Part shown: piece after piece, positions 52,451 to 58,608 of the stretch
How positions within the stretch are numbered: the stretch's first letter is position 1
How the letters are laid out: each line of letters starts with the position of its first letter
From: Candidatus Thalassarchaeaceae archaeon
GTDB taxonomy: Archaea; Thermoplasmatota; Poseidoniia; Poseidoniales; Thalassarchaeaceae
Length of the DNA stretch: 58,608 nucleotides
Direction: 5' to 3'
Assembly: GCA_034399535.1 (NCBI GenBank)
Contig: DASCSS010000022.1
Location: 1-58,608, forward strand
Notes under the pieces: model-generated
What the model saw: only the letters and a program-made list of their open reading frames with translations
The model's database searches: none
Told to the model about the DNA's origin: nothing
Program-made: the position numbers and the translations under genes

Positions 52451-52920
52451 CAGCTTCCATCCTCCACTAGCTCTACGCGCTTGCCCATTCCGTCCCTGAT
52501 TCTCCTAATGTGGCCTTCTGACTCCATGCGGGACAGGAGTCGACTTGCCTTGGAGTCGGAGAACCCGGTCTCTCGTACTAGTTCAGCCTGCCACATCGAA
52601 CCGTTTCTCTCCGAAAGGATTGCGACTACAGATTGCTGATCGCCCGAAAGCATGCGAGCGGGCTTATCCGGCTCCTGCCTTGCAGCAGTCTGCTCTCTGC
52701 GTGGGTCGTTGAGCCACATCAACGAGACGCCGATGATGATGCCGACGCTAGTAAGGAAAAGCGAGTAAATCACGTACGAAGCGAAGTAACCAGATGTGCC
52801 GGATTCCAAGGTGAATGGAATCGCGATTAGGAGAATCAGCATGAATCCGCCCAATGCCAGAGTGATCCTAGCTACCCTGTCCATCGGGGTTTCCAGTTCT
52901 TCATCGGAGTTCGCACCCAT
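52450..52920 (-). CDS. membrane-anchored winged-helix (MarR/ArsR-like) DNA-binding protein
   Basis: Two N-terminal helices (ITLALGGFMLILLIAIPF and YVIYSLFLTSVGIIIGVSLMW) are followed by a wHTH domain: QQSVVAILSERNGSMWQAELVRETGFSDSKASRLLSRMESEGHIRRIRDGMGKRVEL. Confidence 0.65.
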   Translation of the reverse strand: MGANSDEELETPMDRVARITLALGGFMLILLIAIPFTLESGTSGYFASYVIYSLFLTSVGIIIGVSLMWLNDPRREQTAARQEPDKPARMLSGDQQSVVAILSERNGSMWQAELVRETGFSDSKASRLLSRMESEGHIRRIRDGMGKRVELVEDGS

Positions 52921-52962
52921 GGGTTGTCCGCCCCTAGCGTAGATGTGAATGTTGGGCGGCTT

Positions 52963-52979
52963 GGTGCGTACAACGCACC
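52963..52979. promoter_or_regulatory. perfect 7-bp inverted repeat GGTGCGT-aca-ACGCACC upstream of the membrane-anchored wHTH gene
   Basis: Read directly from the sequence. It lies in the 81-nt gap between the acidic secreted-protein gene stop (53002) and the wHTH start (52920). No oligo-T follows, so an operator is as plausible as a terminator. Confidence 0.3.
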
Positions 52980-53001
52980 GAGCCGCTGTTGTTGTCCGTG
53001 A

Positions 53002-54111
53002 TTACTCAGAATGGCACTGTTGCCTGTCCTCGTACCATGTTCCGCCGCTAGCCTCACAGTCCTCTTGGTTGTCGGGAGACTCTTCCTCGTCCTCCCTATC
53101 GTCATCCCCAGAGTCGGGCTCTCTCTCTGAATGCTCTTCCAGTTCGCTCCAATCGCAGTAGAATACCCCGTCACCGCTGTCTGCAGTCTCCGTCCATACT
53201 CCCATTCTGGACTCGCACATCTCCTGGGTGATCTCCATGATGGGGGGGTGGTCGTCCTCACGGTCCTCGCACCTGTCCAGCATCTTGCAGAACGTGCCGC
53301 CCATTCTGCCTCGGAATCCCTTCCTCATGTCATGGTCTCTGTCGCATCTTCGTTCGTCTGCGCACTCCCTGTGGTGCTCTGCTCGAGAGATCATGTGTCC
53401 TAGGGCAGTCTCTATTGTCTCTGAGTCGGCCGTGCAATCCTCGCTCTCGATGCAGAAGGCAATTGCCTCCTGGGCGGCCCTGAGCTGGGTGGACTTCTCC
53501 TCTGCGAACTCCATCCTCTCGGTCTCGTCCCAGTGCTTTCTCTCGTCCCAGTCCTTGTATTCCTCGGAGGAAGCGCAGTACTCGCCCTTTCGGTCATCGT
53601 TGGTCCAAATGCCGCCTGCTTCCTCGCATGCGTCCTGGCTACCATCCTCATCGTCGACCAAATCAGTCCCGTCTACCTTGGCCTGCATCCCATCAACGGC
53701 CCAAGTGAGCTTCTCGACCATCTCGGATAGTGATTCGGCATCGGCCGTGCAGTCCGCGCTGTCGAGGCAGAATTGGAAGGCTTCGATTAGGTTGGAGTCG
53801 ATGTCGATCCTCTGCTCGAGGTGCTCGATCCTGTCCTCCATCCTGTCGTTCATGCGACTCTTCATTGCCTTCCTGATGTGCTTGCCCATTGGCTTCCCGT
53901 CGGTTTCCTTTGCCTCCCATGTGTCCTCTCCGGTCACATCGTCGACTGCTCCCTCGAAGGGGTCCGCCTCTGCGTACACCGGTGCAGCGTAATCCTCTAG
54001 GGTCGCTGCCGCGGATGCGCCGGCCAGTAGAGAGACAACTGCTAGGGCGATGACCCCCATAGTAGCTCTCCTCCTCTTTTGCTCATTACTGTCATTCATC
54101 TTCGGCTTCAT
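53002..54111 (-). CDS. secreted, highly acidic Cys-repeat protein (369 aa)
   Basis: The N-terminus MKPKMNDSNEQKRRRATMGVIALAVVSLLAGASAAA has an RRR n-region, a hydrophobic core and AxA. The mature part is very D/E-rich and carries internally repeated Cys motifs. Confidence 0.65.
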   Translation of the reverse strand: MKPKMNDSNEQKRRRATMGVIALAVVSLLAGASAAATLEDYAAPVYAEADPFEGAVDDVTGEDTWEAKETDGKPMGKHIRKAMKSRMNDRMEDRIEHLEQRIDIDSNLIEAFQFCLDSADCTADAESLSEMVEKLTWAVDGMQAKVDGTDLVDDEDGSQDACEEAGGIWTNDDRKGEYCASSEEYKDWDERKHWDETERMEFAEEKSTQLRAAQEAIAFCIESEDCTADSETIETALGHMISRAEHHRECADERRCDRDHDMRKGFRGRMGGTFCKMLDRCEDREDDHPPIMEITQEMCESRMGVWTETADSGDGVFYCDWSELEEHSEREPDSGDDDREDEEESPDNQEDCEASGGTWYEDRQQCHSE

Positions 54112-54252
54112 TCCTCTTCACCTAACACCCCAGTGTTTGCAAAACCATATTATAATCTAGCCCAAATGCTCGATAATTGACGCAAAAACCCGCAAAGGGT
54201 TGGTTTCCTCGGAGCTAGAAAGACAGAATTACCCATTCGGACTCCTATAGAC

Positions 54253-54375
54253 GTGCTGGAGAGCGTTGTCGCGATAATTGCCGTACTTCTGGTAATTCCA
54301 GGATGGGCCATAGGTCTCCTAGCAATAGGCGTCTATCTCTGGAGGAGGGTCGTCCGTTCAATGGAAAGCGAATAG
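54253..54375 (+). CDS. candidate unannotated 40-aa hydrophobic micro-protein
   Basis: GTG-initiated ORF translating to VLESVVAIIAVLLVIPGWAIGLLAIGVYLWRRVVRSMESE, a helix - P-G-W turn - helix followed by RR. It is absent from the ORF track and overlaps the track start of the next gene in another frame. Confidence 0.3.
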   Translation: MLESVVAIIAVLLVIPGWAIGLLAIGVYLWRRVVRSMESE

Positions 54376-55352
54376 ATAATTATCAGAGGATAGGGGGGGA
54401 GAACGTGGGGGCTCTTACACAGATCATAGGGGTCCCTTGTATTATCGCGGGGGCATATCTATTCAGAGATAAGTCCGGAAGTAGGAAGGGTTCTAGAGTC
54501 ATCAATCTGTTCACTTTAATCGGGGCCTCGATTGGTTTTCTTTTTCTGGGCCCTCCCATTTGGCGGGAGACTCAACAGGGGCCGTATGGAGCTTTGAGTA
54601 TGGTTCCAGATACGATAGACTTGGTAGCGTTCCAGATAATCGGCGCAATTTTATGCGCGTTCATCGCTCGGTACCTGTCCAGAGTAGCAGAGAGAGCGAT
54701 TATTTTCGGTGCCCCCCCTTGGATGGTGCTGCTTTTAATCGAATACCTCGAAAAGGAGTGGGGGGTGGATCTTCTGGACTTGATGGAAAGAATTCCTAAT
54801 TTCCCGAACATCCCACTTGGGTGGTTGGAAGGTTTATTGTTGCTGATAGTGACAACGATGACACTCGCGATGAAGAAGATAATGAGGAAGTACGTCCCAT
54901 TGGCGATAGCCGGCATTCTATCTGGAGTCTTGCTGTATTACGGATTGGTAATGTTAGTCACGGGGAATCGGGACGGTGGGGAAGGGATGGAGATTTTCGG
55001 TGTCGTGTCGGTGGCGATTTGCAGCGTTTCATACCAACTCTACTATGATAGAGGAAAGGAGTCGACTGCGATATTGAAGAAGATATACGAAGAGGATAGC
55101 GAGTTGGCCGTGCTCGCTCAGAATGCCGAGGATGCCAAGAAGGCTAAGGTGATGTCTTTCGGTGATACTTTGGTGGTCACTTGCCCTGCTTGCTCGGTAG
55201 AGTCGGAGCACAAGGTAATCACCAGGAAGTCGAGTGGGGCTGGCTTCGAGGTTTTGGTTAACTGTAGGTGGATGAATGAGTGGGACGAGGTATGCAACAA
55301 CTACCACACTTTGCTAGAGGTTAAGACCGGGACTTATTACCACTCTGAATGA
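54303..55352 (+). CDS. polytopic membrane protein with C-terminal Cys4 zinc-ribbon-like domain
   Basis: About seven hydrophobic helices precede the C-terminal VVTCPACSVESEHKV...VNCRWMNEWDEVCNNYH. The first 34 aa from ATG 54303 are hydrophilic. An in-frame GTG at 54405, preceded by a gaggataggggggag purine run, is an alternative start if the 54253 micro-ORF is real. Confidence 0.55.
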   Translation: MGHRSPSNRRLSLEEGRPFNGKRIDNYQRIGGENVGALTQIIGVPCIIAGAYLFRDKSGSRKGSRVINLFTLIGASIGFLFLGPPIWRETQQGPYGALSMVPDTIDLVAFQIIGAILCAFIARYLSRVAERAIIFGAPPWMVLLLIEYLEKEWGVDLLDLMERIPNFPNIPLGWLEGLLLLIVTTMTLAMKKIMRKYVPLAIAGILSGVLLYYGLVMLVTGNRDGGEGMEIFGVVSVAICSVSYQLYYDRGKESTAILKKIYEEDSELAVLAQNAEDAKKAKVMSFGDTLVVTCPACSVESEHKVITRKSSGAGFEVLVNCRWMNEWDEVCNNYHTLLEVKTGTYYHSE

Positions 55353-55366
55353 GAGCTTGGTCAATC

Positions 55367-55846
55367 TCAATCATCGTCGAATACCTCGATCTCCACGGTT
55401 CGACGGACGAGGTCGGTGAAGCGGGCATTGAACTTAGTCGCTCTAACTATGTGGTTATCGATCCAATGGTAGTTGCCGCCTCTCGGCTTTCCCATCAGAA
55501 GCCCGTGATACTGAAATCCGCACCCATCTAGCCATGACTCTGTGACCCTTCTGTGCTCTTCGGTTCTAGCGGTGAAGAATGTGATTACATGGCCCTCTGA
55601 ATGCCATTTGTTGATGATGTCCAGGGCATCTGGGTAGTGCTCTGCCCGGGACATCCTCTCTGGTTCCTCGTTTGGGATGTCCTCGCCAATTGTTCCATCG
55701 ATGTCAATGAGGTAATTCTTGGTGGTGGAGGGGAGGAGTGGGCTCACCTTGCGGCCCTGCTCGTCATAGGCGTCCTCCAAATCCTCCACGGTACTACGGG
55801 TTGCCATTCCGTCCATAATGGATGGGGCTGGTGGTTCCGGATTCAT
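55367..55846 (-). CDS. HAD-superfamily hydrolase (DxDGT type)
   Basis: Motif I NYLIDIDGTIGED, then FFTARTEE and GKPRGGNYHWIDN. The start is uncertain: ATGs at 55846, 55816 and 55807 are all possible. The track start at 56059 would overlap the divergent gene. Confidence 0.6.
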   Translation of the reverse strand: MNPEPPAPSIMDGMATRSTVEDLEDAYDEQGRKVSPLLPSTTKNYLIDIDGTIGEDIPNEEPERMSRAEHYPDALDIINKWHSEGHVITFFTARTEEHRRVTESWLDGCGFQYHGLLMGKPRGGNYHWIDNHIVRATKFNARFTDLVRRTVEIEVFDDD

Positions 55847-55849
55847 GCA

Positions 55850-56692
55850 ATGGAGTTCCGTTCTCCGAACCGTTATCAACAGACAAGCAGGCGGTTGTAC
55901 GTGCCCGGAACGTTCGATCGGACTAGGGGGAGGGCCCTCACTAGGGAGGTGTCGCCGAACTTCGCTGATGCGGTCTCCAGTTACTTCAACACGAGGATGC
56001 CGGACTACGGGGATGCAAGAGGAGCGCAAGAGGCCTACTTCGCCGCCCTCGGGGCTCATGGTTCGGAAGTCGTCACACTGCCGGCACTCGGAGGTTTTCC
56101 AGACTGTAGCTTCACCGAAGACACGGCGGTGATCATCGATGACGTCGCGGTCATCCCCAACCTAGGACATCCAAGTAGAGACGGCGAGAAAGAGTCGATT
56201 GCGGAGTACCTGGCTGACGATTTCGAGATCGAGAGGATGCCTGCCGGGGCAACTCTCGACGGAGGTGATGTGGTTTTCTACGATGACCGGTTCCTAGTTG
56301 GGATTTCTACCCGGACAAACAAGGGGGGTGCTGACTTCCTAGCCAAGCACGCAAAGGAAGGTGGTATGGACGTCCAACTATTCGATGTGCCGAAAAGCAC
56401 CTTGCACCTCACCACGGTGTGCTCGAGCCCGAGGTCTGGAACGATGGTAGCCGCCGAGGGTCATCTTACCGAGTCAGATCTGTCGTTCGCTGAGGAAGTG
56501 ATATGGGTCCCTGAGGATGAGGGTTACGCTGCCAACACGATTGCCTATGGTGATCGGATTATCATGGCTGATGGTTACAAGAAGGCGAGACAGTTGATGA
56601 TGGACGCTGGCTTCTCCATCACGACTATCGACATGACGGAGTTCAGAGAAGTGGATGCGAGTCTTACCTGCCTTTCCGTGTTCATCGGCTGA
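55850..56692 (+). CDS. amidinotransferase-superfamily enzyme, DDAH (dimethylarginine dimethylaminohydrolase)-like
   Basis: ALTREVSPNFADAV, FTEDTAVIIDDVAVI, ATLDGGDVVF, STRTN, HLTTVCS, and the C-terminal catalytic Cys block DASLTCLSV. Start at ATG 55850 or GTG 55901; the first 83 codons of the track ORF are rejected. Confidence 0.7.
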   Translation: MEFRSPNRYQQTSRRLYVPGTFDRTRGRALTREVSPNFADAVSSYFNTRMPDYGDARGAQEAYFAALGAHGSEVVTLPALGGFPDCSFTEDTAVIIDDVAVIPNLGHPSRDGEKESIAEYLADDFEIERMPAGATLDGGDVVFYDDRFLVGISTRTNKGGADFLAKHAKEGGMDVQLFDVPKSTLHLTTVCSSPRSGTMVAAEGHLTESDLSFAEEVIWVPEDEGYAANTIAYGDRIIMADGYKKARQLMMDAGFSITTIDMTEFREVDASLTCLSVFIG

Positions 56693-56743
56693 GAAGTTGT
56701 CTCGCTCAATCCAGCGCCTTGTCGTCCTCATCTTGTTCGGCGG

Positions 56744-57478
56744 ATGATTTGTAAGGATTCACCTCCCTCAAGACTCATGCACTCTGGGGCGAGGTTTACC
56801 CTGATTTCGGGGGGGATAGTGCTTTTGATCGGCATAGTGCTGGCAATCGTTGCTGATTCCTCAGCTGGAGGTTTGGATGGTGATTGGGTCGGGGAGGAAA
56901 ACGATTGGAACGGAAGGGAAGGGACATTCACCCACACAAGCGCCGGCGAGAGCATGTACGTTTTCGTCCCGAGGGACGATGCCCCCCGTTGCGAAGATTT
57001 CAACTTCACTATCACGAAAGTGGGCGGTGACGAGGGCTTTGAGCACAAGTACGTACACGACCCTTGCACGGACGATGGTGATTTACCTAAGGGCCATGGT
57101 GACGACCCCTCTGATTATTGGCACTATGGCAGGATCTGGGGGTTGGAAATGGGAGAGGCTTACCTACTGGAGGCCAACAGCGATGTCTTCCTGATCAACG
57201 GGGAGTGGTTGGATAATAAAATCGGCGAGGTCATAGGCGGATGGTTAGGGATGCTCGGCGGGGGCGGATGTGCCTGCTGCGGCGTTCTCATCCTGTTGCT
57301 TGGGTTGACACTGGCCCTGACCATGAAGGAAGAAGATCCAACTACTTACCAAATCGATCAGGAGGGTCGGGTAATCCTGAACCAAGGAGTGAAGGAGTCA
57401 AGCCCAATTGCTCCGGGGTCTGGAGGCTCGGATGAAGAGGTTGCGATGACGCCCGACGAGTGGTACAAGCAGACATAG
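56744..57478 (+). CDS. two-TM membrane protein with ~140-aa ectodomain (paralogue of 31822-32544)
   Basis: Helix 1 is FTLISGGIVLLIGIVLAIVA and helix 2 is GGGGCACCGVLILLLGLTLAL. The segment after helix 2 (PTTYQIDQEGRVILNQ) aligns with PDQFVVFNDGSVILTD of the other copy. Confidence 0.6.
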   Translation: MICKDSPPSRLMHSGARFTLISGGIVLLIGIVLAIVADSSAGGLDGDWVGEENDWNGREGTFTHTSAGESMYVFVPRDDAPRCEDFNFTITKVGGDEGFEHKYVHDPCTDDGDLPKGHGDDPSDYWHYGRIWGLEMGEAYLLEANSDVFLINGEWLDNKIGEVIGGWLGMLGGGGCACCGVLILLLGLTLALTMKEEDPTTYQIDQEGRVILNQGVKESSPIAPGSGGSDEEVAMTPDEWYKQT

Positions 57479-57553
57479 AGCTAAGTAGATTTGCGTCGGT
57501 TTTCGATACCCCTCACCGAATCCATTAACAATGACTCTCAGAGTCATTGCGCA

Positions 57554-58608
57554 ATGGCCGAGCGGCACGCTAAGACCTCTCATCGAACCAGTCCTTCTAG
57601 AGCGTCGTTTCTGCTCGTGGTTCTGTTCGTTCTCCAGGCGGCCGTGCCACTGGCATCTTCGGAGGGTGCCCAGTTTGATGACATGGCACTATGCAGCGGC
57701 TCTACGGCTTGGGCGCTTGGGGGCATATGTGATGATCGTCTCAACGCCGATGATGGGACCGTGGGGATCAGCTCGTGGGTAGAGGGAATGTACAATTTCA
57801 ATATGACTAGCCCTACCCAAATCCAGTTCCAGGCTTCTTGGGCGATTAGGGAGTGGGACAAGAGTCCCTTTGGCTTCGATGCTCTCGAAACTATCCTGCA
57901 GAACCAAGCAAACATTGGAACGAACGACGGTCTTCCTGCAGACGTCCTCAGGGCCTCTTTCGACAACAACACCGATCCAAACGACCCGGGTTCCCCCACG
58001 GTGCAAGAACAGCTGCTTTCGGAGGTAAACGGAAGCGTCAATGGGTTCCTCGGTTCCTGGGGAAGCTCGTCAACTCCTCAGACCGATTGGAGCGATCGGA
58101 TTTTCCTCCCTGACGACACAGGCGTTAGAAGTGCAGTCGACTGCACCACTGACGTGAACGAAAACCAAGATGGAAATTCTTTCTCGCCTCCAATTTGCAT
58201 TACCACCAGCGTAAACATTACTCTGGGAATCTCCAGCACATACGGGTTGTCCGGAGTAAATGAGGCTAACCTGAATTCGGCCTTCGAGGCGATGTTGATT
58301 ATGGGTGCCGAGGTGACTACTCAGTTCAGCGTTAACGTGGAGGCGGGGTTCAAGGGGACGTACGCGATAGAGCCGCCGGCGTTCGCGACGGTCGTAAACG
58401 CTGGTGGCACGGGAGGGAGCTTGGAATCCAACTCCGTAGGCACGCCGTACAACTCCGGAGTCTGGAGCGTGGACAATCGCAACCCCCAAGGGAGTTCGAA
58501 CAGCCCCCTTCCGGGTAACCTCCTGATGACTATGGGATTCAGGGAGATTAACGGGACGAACAAGGTGAGTATCGATTCCGATGCCAGAAGCCTAGACCTC
58601 AAGGTGGT
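57554..58608 (+). CDS. secreted protein, 3'-partial (runs off the window end); not in the supplied ORF track
   Basis: I translated this frame codon by codon from ATG 57554 to 58608. It gives 351 sense codons with no stop. The N-terminus MAERHAKTSHRTSPSRASFLLVVLFVLQAAVPLASSEG is a clear signal peptide. The body is rich in N-x-S/T sequons. All listed ORFs overlapping it are short and on other frames or the other strand. Confidence 0.7.
   Translation, partial: MAERHAKTSHRTSPSRASFLLVVLFVLQAAVPLASSEGAQFDDMALCSGSTAWALGGICDDRLNADDGTVGISSWVEGMYNFNMTSPTQIQFQASWAIREWDKSPFGFDALETILQNQANIGTNDGLPADVLRASFDNNTDPNDPGSPTVQEQLLSEVNGSVNGFLGSWGSSSTPQTDWSDRIFLPDDTGVRSAVDCTTDVNENQDGNSFSPPICITTSVNITLGISSTYGLSGVNEANLNSAFEAMLIMGAEVTTQFSVNVEAGFKGTYAIEPPAFATVVNAGGTGGSLESNSVGTPYNSGVWSVDNRNPQGSSNSPLPGNLLMTMGFREINGTNKVSIDSDARSLDLKV

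Noticed and set aside
53228-53992. A 254-aa + strand ORF (Ser-rich) opposite the acidic secreted-protein gene. Similar long antisense or alternative-frame ORFs occur at 17578-18234, 6584-7105, 5870-6214, 7235-7813, 9701-10279, 42235-42816 and 49252-49767.
   Set aside because: These are compositionally biased Ser/Arg/Pro-rich mirror frames of GAN- or GNC-rich genes. They lack start context and overlap ORFs that have clear family motifs or signal peptides.
57551-57575. The string gcaatggccgagcggcacgctaaga, resembling the D-arm (GGCCGAGCGG) of tRNA-Ser/Leu.
   Set aside because: No acceptor stem, anticodon stem or T-arm can be folded around it. It is the start (ATG GCC GAG CGG...) of the signal-peptide-bearing ORF 57554-58608.

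Overview
This 58.6-kb segment reads as an archaeal chromosome. Archaeal hallmark genes: TFB, topoisomerase VI B/A, RNA polymerase subunit N and a P-like subunit, the r-protein string L18e-L13-S9, an RFC small-subunit-like clamp loader, a PAC2-type proteasome chaperone, diphthine synthase, a Trm5-family methyltransferase and GMP synthase subunit A. Bacterial-type genes are interleaved: NAD+-dependent LigA, a DnaQ-like exonuclease, RlmH, a PlsC-like acyltransferase and Vsr. Central metabolism is represented by isocitrate dehydrogenase, an aconitase-family enzyme with swapped domain order, and an AdoCbl class II RNR with a PduO-type adenosyltransferase nearby. There are six tRNA genes, all with encoded CCA. 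Several envelope proteins are very large or unusual: a 2639-aa two-TM protein with about 30 thrombospondin-type-3-like repeats and a DUF4129-like tail, a ~1720-aa vWA/CARDB-like protein, a PKD lipoprotein, and a 3'-truncated secreted ORF missing from the ORF track. The gene mix resembles a planktonic Thermoplasmatota / Marine Group II-like euryarchaeon, but that is inference only. I saw no CRISPR array, rRNA, transposase or integrase. Three candidates for something undescribed stand out. (i) The tRNA-flanked cluster at 50.7-55.4 kb: an orphan Vsr, a PPP phosphatase chained to a small polytopic membrane protein and a membrane-anchored wHTH, an acidic Cys-repeat secreted protein, and a hidden 40-aa hydrophobic ORF. 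(ii) Two paralogous two-TM ectodomain proteins (31822-32544 and 56744-57478). (iii) The giant two-TM TSP3-repeat protein. All functional calls come from motif reading by eye and hand-folding; no database search or computation was possible.
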